Positions 1 through 12,616 of a stretch of 64,000 nt of DNA are shown here, one piece after another. Both the position numbers and the translations under genes were made by a program. The DNA comes from Piromyces finnis finn (lineage: Eukaryota; Fungi; Neocallimastigomycota): NCBI GenBank assembly GCA_002104945.1, contig MCFH01000014.1, positions 310,001 to 374,000 on the forward strand. Direction: 5' to 3'. Every line of letters begins with the position of its first letter. The stretch's first letter is position 1. The notes beneath the pieces were generated by a model that was given only the letters and a program-made list of their open reading frames with translations, was not told the origin of the DNA and ran no database searches.

Positions 1-984
1 AACAATGCTATTGGTCAAATTCTTTTAGCCAAGCGTCTTGGTAAGAAGAGAATTATTGCCGAAACCGGAGCAGGTCAACATGGTGTTGCTACAGCTACAG
101 CTTGTGCCAAATTTGGATTAGAATGTGTTGTTTACATGGGAGAGGTTGATGTTAAGAGACAAGCCTTAAATGTTTTCAGAATGAAGATGTTAGGAGCTAA
201 GGTTGTTGCTGTTACTTCAGGCAGTAAGACCTTAAAGGATGCTGTTAATGAAGCAATGAGAGATTGGGTTACTAATGTTACCACTACTCACTACTTAGTT
301 GGTTCTGCTATTGGTCCACATCCATTCCCATCTATTGTTCGTGACTTCCAATCTGTTATTGGAGAAGAATCTAAGAAGCAAATGATGGAACAAGCTGGTA
401 AGCTTCCAGATTACATTGTTGCTTGTGTTGGTGGTGGTAGTAACTCTATTGGTCTCTTCTATCCATACATTAATGAAAAGAATGTTAAGATGCTTGGTGT
501 TGAAGCTGGAGGTAGTGGTATTGAAACTGGTTTACACTCTGCTACTATTTCAGCTGGTACTCCAGGTATTCTTCATGGTGCTAAGACTTTCTTAATTCAA
601 GATGAAGAAGGTCAAATTATTGAAACCCACAGTATTAGTGCTGGTTTAGATTACCCAGGTGTTGGTCCAGAACACGCTTTCTTAAAGGATTCTGGTCGTG
701 CTGAATACATTGCTGCTACTGATGAACAAGCTTTAATTGGTTTCCGTAGATTAACCCAATATGAAGGTATTATTCCAGCTCTTGAATCTTCTCATGCTGC
801 CTATGCTTGTACTGAATTAGCCAAGACCTTACCAAAGGATAAAGATATTTTATTATGTGTTAGTGGTCGTGGTGATAAGGATGTTATTTCTATTGCTGCC
901 AACCTTCCAAAGTTTGGACCAAAGATTGGATGGGATCTTAGATTTGATGGAGCTGAAACTCTTGGTGTCCAAATCCCAAATTAA
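1..984 (+). CDS. TRP5: Tryptophan synthase beta domain, 3' part of a TRP5-type gene (copy 1), truncated by the window edge
   Basis: Frame is open from base 1 ([15 protein letters not shown]...). TrpB motifs [14 protein letters not shown] and [15 protein letters not shown] are present. Colinear with 11633-12616 at offset 11632. Confidence 0.95.
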   Translation, partial: NNAIGQILLAKRLGKKRIIAETGAGQHGVATATACAKFGLECVVYMGEVDVKRQALNVFRMKMLGAKVVAVTSGSKTLKDAVNEAMRDWVTNVTTTHYLVGSAIGPHPFPSIVRDFQSVIGEESKKQMMEQAGKLPDYIVACVGGGSNSIGLFYPYINEKNVKMLGVEAGGSGIETGLHSATISAGTPGILHGAKTFLIQDEEGQIIETHSISAGLDYPGVGPEHAFLKDSGRAEYIAATDEQALIGFRRLTQYEGIIPALESSHAAYACTELAKTLPKDKDILLCVSGRGDKDVISIAANLPKFGPKIGWDLRFDGAETLGVQIPN

Positions 985-2499
985 ATTGAACCATTCAATT
1001 AATTTGAATTTATTGCTCTTTTAACTAAAGATCAACCAAATTTCACCAAAAATATGCAAATAATTGTAAATTCAATAATCATAACAATTGATCAAAAATA
1101 ACAATAAAATGTTTATACGATAAACCTTCCCAAAAAAAAAAAAAGGAAAAATAAAATATCAACACTAATTAACATTAAAGTATTATAAAATATTAACCAT
1201 CAATAAAATAATACCAAAAATTAATATATAATAAATTAAGAAATACAAAATTTTAATGCAAGACGTTAATAATGATTATTTGAAATATATATAAAAAAAG
1301 ATTTGAAACAATGAAAAAGTTTTAGACTTTAATAGAACATTGGATCGAATAGTTCAATTTATTTTTAACTATATTAATTTTAATATTGTTATATATATTA
1401 ATATTATATATATATAATGTATATATAAAAGAATTTTTAAACATAATATATGTAAAAATGTACTTTTTAATTTTATAATTTTTATAAATTCATAATTTAT
1501 TTAAATCAGTATTTTTATTAAAGATATATATTTCTTTTTTAAAAAGTAATAAAATAAAATAAAATAATAATAATAAAAAAAAAAAAGTCTTTAAAAAATC
1601 TTTTTACAGAGTGATAATAGTATTAAAGTACCAATTGCTAATTTTCTTTTGAATTGTTCTATTTATATATTAACTTTTTTCAAAAAAGAAAAAAGAAAAA
1701 AATAGCTATGAAAGAATTAGAGTTATTGATTTATATATATATATTTAATACAGATGTCATTGATCCTTGTTGAAACATGTTAAATTGTATTAATAATCAT
1801 TACTAATTCTAATGTATATTATTGGTATGTAAAAAATTTTTTTTATTGATTTTGAAAGTCCAATTAATTTATCTATTGAAGATTTAATTAATTTTATGAA
1901 ATATAAATATAATAAAAAAAGACTTTTTTTTTTAAAAAAATATATGTACATAAAAGGAGTATAACAGCAAAACAGAAATTATAGGTAGGTAAAATTAGTA
2001 TAGCAAAATGGTAAGTAGAAAATTATTTAATATTAATGATGATGAAAATATATACATATTTGTATATATATATATATATAAACTGTGACAATGTGACAAT
2101 ATGGTGGTTAATTATTTAATATAAAAATAAAAAATATACCAACAATATTTTATTATTATATTAAAAAAAAGTAGGTATACTAATTTTATTATTATATATA
2201 TTCATATATTCAATTTTTTTTTTATTGTATTATCTATTATTATTTTAGAAAATAAAATATTATTATATATATAAAATAAAATAAAATAAAAAAAAAAAAA
2301 AAGAAAATTATTTGGAAACTTTTTTTAATTAAAAAAAAAAAAAAAGTATAAGTTGAACATAAAAAAAAAATGCCACGAAATTTCCAAAGTTTTTAAAACT
2401 GGGTAAAAAAAAAATTAAACCAATAAAAATAATAGAATTTAATAATAAAAATTCTTTTTAAATATTAATTAAATAATTTCAATATGTGGAAACAATTTA

Positions 2500-2500
<1 letters not shown>

Positions 2501-2530
<30 letters not shown>

Positions 2531-5500
2531 GGCATCAAATATTTTAAACTTTATTATTAATTTAATTAAAATTATAATACATGTAATATAAAAAGTTAAA
2601 AATAAAAATAAAATAAAAAAAAAAAAACATGTTTAAATAAACACAAATGAATAAAAAATGGGTATAATGTATTCTAGTAATTTTAATTAAAGTAAGAAAG
2701 CCACTATTATACTAAGGTATAATAATTGTATTTGACTTCCAATGGGACACCGAGTCAAAGATCAAAATTTTATCATGGGATAAAATTATGATCTCCATTG
2801 GTTGCGCTGGCCCTCCTGGCCTGTCTTACTGTTTCTTCAGCATCGACGCTCTTGGATGTTGCTTCAAACCTTTGGAACATTGACCATTGCTGGCCAATAG
2901 CAAAAGGCATGATTTTGGTTAGAAGTTCCGCGGTTACCGTCAAGAATGGTGTTACTTCATTAGTACCAGATTGAATCTGACACTTGCAAAGTTCTTTCCA
3001 TTCCCTTGAATCGTAATTGATATTGTTAAAACTTCTTCCCCCAAGAAGGAATTTAAATATTTTACTGCACACACTAGAATAATCATACACATTAATATTC
3101 ACCGGATTATTAGAACTATTACTATCATTAACTAAATTACTATCTAGATTAGAATTATTATCTTCACTATTGCTATCATTACTAATATTATTATTTCTAT
3201 TATTGTTATTATTACTATTGTTACTATTACTATTGTTATTACTACTATTGTTACTATTACTATTAATGTTATTACTATCTCTACTGATATTAACATTTTC
3301 ATTATTATTGATAGGACTATTGGAATTACGTTGACTGAAAAAATTTAATAGCTGGACTATGGAATCATAATGTTTAATACGGATATCTCTAAATGTTGGA
3401 CAATCTAATAACCAATGTTTAATACTTTGATCTCCACACTTGCAACATGGACAGTAGTTAGGACAAACTGGATCAACAAATTTAGCAGATTTGGCAACTC
3501 TAGCATCCAACTTGTATCCGCTTCTTGCTTTCAATAGCCAGTAGAAGCCATAGGCAAACTCTGGGTACTCATAACATAATTTAATAAAATCTTTAGTTTC
3601 AATAAATTTATTATCATCATAATATTGCGCTTTGATTGAATTCCCTTTGAGATCTTTCCAATAAAAGTTTTTAACTGCTTTAACATCTCCATGTTTCTTT
3701 AATTTTTTATCAAGTGTCCTACTTGATTTGCACCACGTGTATTTTCTAAATTTAGGAATGTAATTGACAAGGTGTGAGATAATACAATTTGAGTTTTTCC
3801 ATTTGTTAAAACATCTAACCTGAGCTAACGCACATTTGGCTGACAATGGAGGAATATTCAAATCTTTTGAAATAGAGTATAAAGATATAAACGATACAGC
3901 TTTATGAACTCCGGCAACCCATCGTATTCCTTTGTTAACATGCTTCTGAGCAATCCTAGACCTAGCTTTGTTGGATCCAAGTAATGGTGCAAAGTATGAA
4001 ACTCTACTAATCACTTGTGAGTTAAGTACTAGTTTTTTGAAAGGAATAGGAATATTAGGATTTCTTAAGAATTTACTGACTGAGAAAAGTCCTTTCAAAA
4101 CCTTGTTATTAAGAGCTTTAATTACTGGTTTAAGGGACAGATTCTTATCAAATGGAACACCAAGATAAGTATAGCAATCAGTAGTTGGAATGGGTTGTCC
4201 TGCTAAGTAAAATGTTGGATCTCTCTTGTTCTGATTTTCTATTGATTCAGGACGAATCACCATCGTTGAACATTTCTGGATACCAAATTCCATTTCATTA
4301 TACAATGCCCATTCATTAACTCTTCTAAGCATCTTTTTTAAGCATCCTCTTGTTGGAGCACAAATAACTATATCATCTGCAAAAAGTCCACCACAGCATC
4401 GAGTGTCACCTAAACTGACTCCTAGATCTTCGCACTCTCTAAATATATCATTAATAAAGAGATTAAAGAGAATAGGAGAAAGAGGGCATCCTTGACGGAC
4501 TCCTTTCTTCACATCAAAAGATTTCGAGAATTGTCCATCTAATTTGACATTAGCCTTAGATGTTAAATATAAATTTTTGATAAATTGTAGACTCTTACCT
4601 CGGATTCCTAAACAATCTAATTTATGGAGAATATTACCGATTGGGACTGAATCGTATGCTTTCCTGAGATCTAAAAAGGCCAAATATGTCTCTTTATTAT
4701 CTAATTGACGTCTACGGCATATTTCTTGGATTGAAATGAAAAGACTAATACTTTCTTCCTTTTTTCGAAAACCAAATTGTTCAGGTCTAATGAAATTATT
4801 CTTTAAACCATATTCTGAGATTCTAGTGGTGACAATTTTGGAAATCAACTTAATGCCATTATTGATAAGTGATATACCTCGATAGTTATCACAATCTGTC
4901 AAATCTCCCTTCTTAGGAATAGAAACAATACTGGATTCATTCCATGAGTTGGGGAAATCTCCATCCCAAATACGGTTGAATAATTTAAGAATAAAATTTA
5001 AACCATGAGCATCATTATCTGAAGTAGTATTACCAGAAGAATTATTATCTGTAGCATTATTAGAATCATTACTTGATGGAACTAATGCTTTGTAAAATTC
5101 AATTGGAATACCATCCGGACCTGATGCTTTATAATTTGGAGTAGTGAGGATAGCTGACTTGACTTCATCAATACTAATATCTTGGTTGATATCCCACTCA
5201 TCAAGCATAGGAAGTGAAAAACGTTTATTCGTTGGTTCTTCATACCAATGCTCCAAATCAAGACTTACACCACTTGGGTCTGATGCAAGATTTTCGAAAT
5301 GATCATGCCACACATCTAGTTGTTCTTCCGTAGCAACAACTAATTCTCCATTTTTATTTTTAATTGGTTGAGCAATAAAGAAAGAATCTTTTCCAATTTT
5401 TGCAGTTTTCTTGATCCATTTCCAGGCCTTCTTAGGATTATGACTCTTCATATACTCACATCCTGTTTTAATCCAATGAAGATATTCTTGCTTCCTAAAT

Positions 5501-8169
5501 TCATTACATCTTTTGTGGATGTAATCAATGAGTTTACGGTAGATTTTAATTCTTTTAATAAATTCATCTATATCATAAATTCTTTCTTTTTTAAATCTCT
5601 TATACAACTTCATTTTGATTTTTTGAAGATTAAAAATTTGTTGTGAAATATGAAATGAAGACTTTATAACATTATTTGCTGAAGTAATACTGAGCTCGTC
5701 TGCAATTGAGAAAGCAGTTGAAGTAAACTCTTTGGAAAGTTCATCTGTAGAAACATTAGGATCGTTGGATTTTGCTGAAAGTATTTGGAATTTATTATGA
5801 CTGAGAATAGATTCCTTTTCCTCAATACATTTTAATCTATTCCATTTCAGAATTTTCTTAGGAACATTAAAGTCATTAGAAAAATCTTCCATAGGAATAA
5901 TTTTACCATTAATAAGAAGTGGCTTATGGTCTGATACAGGATAAAAATTATTTATAAATGATCCTGAGTGAATAAGATCTTTCATCTTCGAATTGATAAG
6001 AGCATGGTCAATGTCGGAAGATTGATCACCTCGAGTCCAAGAGATAGTAGACCCTCTAAGCGGAAGAATCTCCCAATCTCCTAATCTATTAGTTGATAAC
6101 CAGTTGGATAATTTTACTTTAGACATATTAAAATCACCAACAAGAATCGATGGATGGGATGAATGAGTTTGTAACCACAAGCGAACTTCTAACTTTGCAT
6201 GATCAACATAGATGTTGTGATGACTATGAGGCATATAAACATTACCAATCGAGCATTTGAATCTATTCCAGAGACTAAAAGTATAAATAGAAATAATATA
6301 CTTTCCAGAGAAGTTTTCAAGTGAGGCTTGACATGAATTGTGAAAACCTAAATATAAACCTCTCATTCCCGGAACTGATTCGTCAGCTTTCTTGAAAAAG
6401 TGTCTATAGTTTCGCAAAGTAACACGACAAGGATAATCTGTATTCGATCCAGAACCATTACCAGTTTCTTGGAAACATAAAAATAATGGTTTGAAAATAG
6501 CTGTGAAATAGCTAATACTATCTCTCTTTTCGTGATTCCACCCATTGGTGTTCCAACTAAGACAAAAAGAAAAGTTATCAGGCTTGTTGGATGAGGAAGA
6601 ATCGTTGCTATTATTATTATTATTAAAGTCATCGTTATTAATGGATGATGCATCAGAGGAATAAGTAGAACTATTACTAGATGGCTGTGAAACTGAAGAA
6701 CTATCAACTATTGAACTGTTATCAGAGTTGATAGAGCTATTAGAATTAATTGTTGAATGTTGAGATTGAAATTGTGTTTGCTGTAGATCTGGAATATTTT
6801 CATGATTGGAAACTTGTTGAAGATCTTGTTGAAGATCTAGTTGAAGATCGGATTGTTGATGAGATTGTTGAACTGATTGTTGAAATGATTGTTGAATAGA
6901 ATGTTGATGTTTATTAGAAACTAAAATTTTACGTTTGAGAGTGGAAAAAGTGTATTTGTGATTCCTTCTACTACGAGCTGAAAAGGAAATTGAGGTAACT
7001 GAAAGTTTCTTCTTTAACATGTGTAAGATTTTAATACAATCTTTCGATGAACCATGAACCTTGACTAAGAAAAAGTGATCATTGAAAGTCTGAAAATATT
7101 TAACACTAATAACTGAATTAAATTTATCTTCTAGAATAACCTCGAGTTTTTCCCATAGCATATTTACCGACCATGATCGAATACCACGGATAAAGAAGGA
7201 GCGAATATCATCTAAGGGGATACCATAAGACCGGGTACCACGTCTGATATAATTCTTGTCTTTAATATAAAGGACTGACATGATAATAAATTCTAATTAA
7301 AAATATTGAATATAAAATAAATACTAATAAAAATTATAAATATAACGTATATGGAAAAAAAAATCTGTCTCTCTCTCTCTTCTTAAAAGTACTGGATAGT
7401 ACAAAAATTGTTACGATGCTTTGTTAAAAGTTTCTTTTTTTGAATTCTAGTTGTAAATTTTCTTTAAAAATTCTAGTTTTGGTTTGTTGTTAGTAAATTC
7501 GAATCGCTTTTTGACACTAAACTTGTTTGACTTTACTTTTCATTAAATATTTAAATTGGTAAAAAATTTGAATCAAGAATGTCGACACCAGAAAGCTTGT
7601 GAATAGTATTTTTACATGATGTAGAGTGAATCAGTCTCTTACAAGAAACAATACAACAATAGCTACATGAATATAAAAATACAATGCAAATGCTAAAGTT
7701 GACTACATTGGATTCTTACAAGAGAAGAGTAGTACTACATGAATACATGAATAAAAGAAAAAATACAGCAACAAAATGTATTACTCTTCTAATTAAATAC
7801 TATACAAACTTACCTGAATATCAAACATTCAACTTATTCATCAAATACTCAATTCGATGAATAAAATGTTTTTTAATCGCTCAGTACCATGAGCTTAGTC
7901 CTAATAATTTTCCCTTAAAGACTAACCAAGCATCCATTGCGCAATGCTTGGATTTAATTCTTTCTACTCTCTCAGTACCATGAGCATGAGTAGACCCCCT
8001 TGATAAACTCCATTATTAAATAAATGAAGGCACGTTCCTAAGAGGGCACCAAGCATCCATTGCGCAATACTTGGATTTAATTCTTTCTACTCTCTCAGTA
8101 CCATGAGCATGAGTAGACCCCCTTGAGAAACTACATTTATTAAATAAATGAAGGCACGTTCCCAAGAGG
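2501..8169 (-). mobile_element. Full-length non-LTR retrotransposon (single-ORF APE-RT LINE)
   Basis: 15-bp TSD GTGGAAACAATTTAT at 2486-2500 and 8170-8184. Poly(A) tail (poly-T on + strand, about 2501-2527) with an AATAAA about 20 nt upstream. Intact 1502-aa ORF. Confidence 0.95.
2773..7281 (-). CDS. LINE polyprotein: AP endonuclease, reverse transcriptase and C-terminal Cys/His motif
   Basis: APE motifs SWNTNG, LCFQET, GDFN, SDIDH, SDHKP. RT motifs PGPDG-like SGPDGIP, YRGISL, FLDLRKAYDSV, GVRQGCPLSPILF, LFADD, YTYLG. C-terminal CPCCKCGDQSIKHWLLDC. No stop codons. Confidence 0.95.
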   Translation of the reverse strand: MSVLYIKDKNYIRRGTRSYGIPLDDIRSFFIRGIRSWSVNMLWEKLEVILEDKFNSVISVKYFQTFNDHFFLVKVHGSSKDCIKILHMLKKKLSVTSISFSARSRRNHKYTFSTLKRKILVSNKHQHSIQQSFQQSVQQSHQQSDLQLDLQQDLQQVSNHENIPDLQQTQFQSQHSTINSNSSINSDNSSIVDSSSVSQPSSNSSTYSSDASSINNDDFNNNNNSNDSSSSNKPDNFSFCLSWNTNGWNHEKRDSISYFTAIFKPLFLCFQETGNGSGSNTDYPCRVTLRNYRHFFKKADESVPGMRGLYLGFHNSCQASLENFSGKYIISIYTFSLWNRFKCSIGNVYMPHSHHNIYVDHAKLEVRLWLQTHSSHPSILVGDFNMSKVKLSNWLSTNRLGDWEILPLRGSTISWTRGDQSSDIDHALINSKMKDLIHSGSFINNFYPVSDHKPLLINGKIIPMEDFSNDFNVPKKILKWNRLKCIEEKESILSHNKFQILSAKSNDPNVSTDELSKEFTSTAFSIADELSITSANNVIKSSFHISQQIFNLQKIKMKLYKRFKKERIYDIDEFIKRIKIYRKLIDYIHKRCNEFRKQEYLHWIKTGCEYMKSHNPKKAWKWIKKTAKIGKDSFFIAQPIKNKNGELVVATEEQLDVWHDHFENLASDPSGVSLDLEHWYEEPTNKRFSLPMLDEWDINQDISIDEVKSAILTTPNYKASGPDGIPIEFYKALVPSSNDSNNATDNNSSGNTTSDNDAHGLNFILKLFNRIWDGDFPNSWNESSIVSIPKKGDLTDCDNYRGISLINNGIKLISKIVTTRISEYGLKNNFIRPEQFGFRKKEESISLFISIQEICRRRQLDNKETYLAFLDLRKAYDSVPIGNILHKLDCLGIRGKSLQFIKNLYLTSKANVKLDGQFSKSFDVKKGVRQGCPLSPILFNLFINDIFRECEDLGVSLGDTRCCGGLFADDIVICAPTRGCLKKMLRRVNEWALYNEMEFGIQKCSTMVIRPESIENQNKRDPTFYLAGQPIPTTDCYTYLGVPFDKNLSLKPVIKALNNKVLKGLFSVSKFLRNPNIPIPFKKLVLNSQVISRVSYFAPLLGSNKARSRIAQKHVNKGIRWVAGVHKAVSFISLYSISKDLNIPPLSAKCALAQVRCFNKWKNSNCIISHLVNYIPKFRKYTWCKSSRTLDKKLKKHGDVKAVKNFYWKDLKGNSIKAQYYDDNKFIETKDFIKLCYEYPEFAYGFYWLLKARSGYKLDARVAKSAKFVDPVCPNYCPCCKCGDQSIKHWLLDCPTFRDIRIKHYDSIVQLLNFFSQRNSNSPINNNENVNISRDSNNINSNSNNSSNNNSNSNNSNNNNNRNNNISNDSNSEDNNSNLDSNLVNDSNSSNNPVNINVYDYSSVCSKIFKFLLGGRSFNNINYDSREWKELCKCQIQSGTNEVTPFLTVTAELLTKIMPFAIGQQWSMFQRFEATSKSVDAEETVRQARRASATNGDHNFIP

Positions 8170-8170
8170 G
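7880..8170 (-). repeat. Two 123-bp hairpin-rich tandem units plus a partial third motif at the LINE 5' end
   Basis: Near-identical units at 7925-8047 and 8048-8170. CTCAGTACCATGAG recurs at 7880-7893. Confidence 0.9.
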
Positions 8171-10043
8171 TGGAAACAATTTATAATTAAAAATAAAAAT
8201 GTTTTTTTTTTGGAAAAAAAAGTTGTTTAATGAAACAAGTTTCAATAACTGTTATATTAAATAAACAAATAAAAATACTTTTCATGCTATGATACTATAA
8301 GCCTCCATTATAAACTATAAAAAAATATGAAATTTTAATAAACAATAATTATATATTTATATTCTTTTTTTCCTTTTTCAATTGTAGTATTTTTTTATGA
8401 AAAATTTTATATAAAACTAAAATATGATTTGGAGATAATGTTTAAAATAGTTTAATAGCATAAAACTGTTATTAGTATAAATACTATTTTATTAAATTAA
8501 TATTTATAATGTAAATGGAAGACATAAAAGTCAATTAGTTTTTAATAAATTATTACAAAAAATAAAAAATAAAAAGGCTAACTATTCAATAAAAATTAAA
8601 ATTGGAAAAAAAAACTGGAAATTAAAGGTTGCTTTGTAAGATAAGATTTTTATTTTTTTTTTTATAATATTCTTAGCTTATTTTTTATTTTTATTTTGGT
8701 AAATAAATTATTATTCAAAAATGAAATAAAAACAACTAAAATGCTTAATATACAAACTTTTCTTATAGATAGAAAACCATATAAAAACAAAAAAGAAATA
8801 AGATCACATTATTTTAATTAAAGATAACTTAATAAATATTTTTTTTTAAATAATCCTTTATGTAATGCTACGATATTTTATTTATTCATTTAGTAGTATT
8901 CAAGATACGTAAATTTATTTATATATAATTAGTAAAGTTATTTTAAAATAATATTATTTTTTAAACATGAAAATAAATGTTTTCATATGCATTATATTTA
9001 TAAAGTTTTCTTTTTTAAAAACTTTTATATTTCTTTAAATAAAGGTCTTTTTTTTAATGATAAAAAACAAAACAAAAAAAATTGCTAATATTGAAATTTA
9101 GTGTTTACTAAATATAATTCATGCTATGTTTTTATATTTTTAAAATTTGGAGTTCTAAAAGAATACATAATATTTTATAAATGATATCATGCCAAATGAA
9201 AACAGAAATATATATATATATATATTTGGTATGAATATTTGTGGTTTATTTAATAATAACAAAAAAAAGCTATAGAAATGAATTTTGTAATTTTTTTTTT
9301 CAATGTTTTAAAAGAGAAGAGGTAGAAATGAATTCTTTTTTTTTCTATGTTTTAAGAGGTTTAATAGTGATATTTATTTATTAAAAAATATACGCCATTT
9401 TAATTAAAACCAATATTGTATTAGTAATAGTGTTATTAAAGACTATTATACTTTTATTTTTAATACTTTTTAATATATGAATACAAAAAGTTTATTAGTA
9501 ATATGTTATACTGAATTATTAATAATAAAAAAAATCATTGGTGACTATTACTAATTTTTTTATATTTTATTATTAATAATTATTAATAAACAAATCTATC
9601 TTTAAAATAATATTACTACTTTTATATATATTTTATTAAATATTTCAATGAATATATAAGGAATTGGAGTTCCGCTTTATTTTTTTTAACCTTGTATAAA
9701 GTATTTTACTTTTAATTCTACTCTATTCATTGATTATAAAATAAACAAAACAAAAAACAAATAATATACCGAAATAAAATAATCTATTAAAAAAAATTAA
9801 AAAGGTAAAAAGTTCATTGCTTTAAGATAGTAATAAAGAAGATAAAAAAGAATATGGAATATAGAAAAAATATTTAAAAATACTCAAAATGAAAAATAAT
9901 AATAAAAAAGAAAAATAGTAATACTATTTGATAGTAAAAAAAAAAAGTATTAATTACTTTTATTTTGATCATTAATAATAAAAAAAAAAAAACACTTTAA
10001 TATATTTTTATATTAATTTTTTTCTTATTATAAAGTTTTCAAA

Positions 10044-12616
10044 ATGTCTCAAGCTTTATTAACTGTATTTAACGCTGCCAAGAAACAAAACCGTGCTGTT
10101 TTTATTTCTTTTATTACTGCTGGTTACCCAACCAAAGGTAAATATTAGCTTTAATTTGATTGTATCTTGTAAAAATAAATAAACAATCCTATTTATATAT
10201 TAAAATTAATACATTTTAATGGTTTTTTTTTTATATAATACAGATGAAACTGTTGATAATCTTCTTGCTTTACAAAATGGTGGTTCAGATATTATTGAAT
10301 TAGGTACCGACCAATAAGAAGAATAAAAATTAATTTATTATTAATAGAAATAGAAATATATTAAAATTTTTTAATCTATATTAAAATTAATAATTTTTTT
10401 TTTTTTTTTATTTTTAATTAATAAAGGTATTCCATTTTCTGATCCTACTGCTGATGGTCCTATAATCCAGCAAGCTAGCTATGTATGATATTATTTATTT
10501 ATTATTATTGACTTAATAAAAAATAGATGAATAATTTTAGTTTTATAAATAAATAAATGATTAATTAATGTATAATACATAAAATAAATAATATTATACA
10601 GATTTCTTTACAAAATAAAGTTAATCTTGAGGACTGCTTTGAATTTGTAAGAGCTGCTCGTGAAAAGGGTTTAGTTATTCCAGTTATTTTCATGGGTTAC
10701 GCCAATCCATTCGAACAATACGGTTTAGATAAGTTAATGCAAAAGTGTGTTGATATTGGTGTTCAAGGTTTCATTAACATTGATCTTCCACCAGAAGAAA
10801 GTTACGAATTCAGACTTAAGTGTGACAAATACAAGTAAATATCAATGAAAATAATAATATTTTTATATATTTGTATTAAAATTATTACTAATTATTAATT
10901 TTTAATATCATTATTGAAAATATCTTATTATTTGAAAATAGACTCAGTTTAATTCCACTTATTGCTCCAACTACTTCTGAAAAACGAATTGAAAGATTAG
11001 CTAAAACTGCTACTTCTTACATTTACGTCATGAGTGCTCTTGGTGTTACTGGTTACCGTGAAAAGGTTAACTCTGAATTACCACACTTAGTTGCTCGTGT
11101 TAGAAAGCACACTAGTGTTCCAATTGCTGTTGGTTTCGGTGTTTCTACTGCTGAACACTTCAAGATTGTTGAAAAGGAAGCCGATGGTGTTATCATTGGT
11201 TCAAAGATTATTAAGGTCTTAAACAATGCTTCCACTAAGGAACAACGTCTTGCTGATTTAGAAAAGTACTGTAGAGAAGTTTGCCACCGTGAAGGTGAAG
11301 AAATCATTCCAATTGATTACAAGAAGGAAACTCCAGCTGAAGTTCCAAATGTTAAGCAAATTGATTTCAGTCACCATATGGTCAATTCTAAATTCGGAGA
11401 CTTTGGTGGTCAATATGCTGCCGAATCTTTAATTGATTGTCTTGATGAATTAGAAAAGGTTTACCTTACAGCTAAGGAAGATCCATTATTCTGGGAAGAA
11501 TTCAGAAGTTACTATGATTACATGGGAAGAGAATCTAAGCTTCACCTTGCTGACAGATTAACTAAGGAAATGGGAGGTGCTAAGATTTGGTTAAAGCGTG
11601 AAGACTTAAACCATACTGGTTCTCACAAGATCAACAATGCTATTGGTCAAATTCTTTTAGCCAAGCGTCTTGGTAAGAAGAGAATTATTGCCGAAACCGG
11701 AGCAGGTCAACATGGTGTTGCTACAGCTACAGCTTGTGCCAAATTTGGATTAGAATGTGTTGTTTACATGGGAGAGGTTGATGTTAAGAGACAAGCCTTA
11801 AATGTTTTCAGAATGAAGATGTTAGGAGCTAAGGTTGTTGCTGTTACTTCAGGTAGTAAGACCTTAAAGGATGCTGTTAATGAAGCAATGAGAGATTGGG
11901 TTACTAATGTTACCACTACTCACTACTTAGTTGGTTCTGTTTTTGGTCCACATCCATTCCCATCTATTGTTCGTGACTTCCAATCTGTTATTGGAGAAGA
12001 ATCTAAGAAGCAAATGATGGAACAGGCAGGAAAACTTCCAGATTACATTATTGCTTGTGTTGGTGGAGGAAGTAATGCTATGGGTCTCTTCTATCCATAC
12101 ATTAATGAAAAGAATGTTAAGATGCTTGGTGTTGAAGCTGGAGGTAGTGGTATTGAAACTGGTTTACACTCTGCTACTATTTCAGCTGGTACTCCAGGTA
12201 TTCTTCATGGTGCTAAATCTTATTTAATTCAAGATAAAGATGGACAAATACAGGATACCTATAGTATTAGTGCTGGTTTAGATTACCCAGGTGTTGGTCC
12301 AGAACACGCTTTCTTAAAGGATTCTGGTCGTGCTGAATACATTGCTGCTACTGATGAACAAGCTTTAATTGGTTTCCGTAGATTAACCCAATATGAAGGT
12401 ATTATTCCAGCTCTTGAATCTTCTCATGCTGCCTATGCTTGTACTGAATTAGCCAAGACCTTACCAAAGGATAAAGATATTTTATTATGTGTTAGTGGTC
12501 GTGGTGATAAGGATGTTATTTCTATTGCTGCCAACCTTCCAAAGTTTGGACCAAAGATTGGATGGGATCTTAGATTTGATGGAGCTGAAACTCTTGGTAT
12601 CCAAATCCCAAATTAA
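10044..12616 (+). CDS. TRP5: Tryptophan synthase alpha-beta fusion (copy 2), 5 exons
   Basis: Exons 10044-10137, 10244-10303, 10427-10482, 10602-10834 and 10942-12616, with GT-AG introns that keep frame. TrpA motif [17 protein letters not shown] and TrpB PLP-lysine motif [12 protein letters not shown]. Confidence 0.95.

Noticed and set aside
2821-2845. Hammerhead ribozyme, from CTGAAGA in the LINE/SINE shared motif
   Set aside because: No properly placed GAAA/stem III/UH elements could be found.
3968-6707. Short ORFs at 3968, 5368 and 6363
   Set aside because: Antisense or alternate-frame shadows of the LINE ORF.
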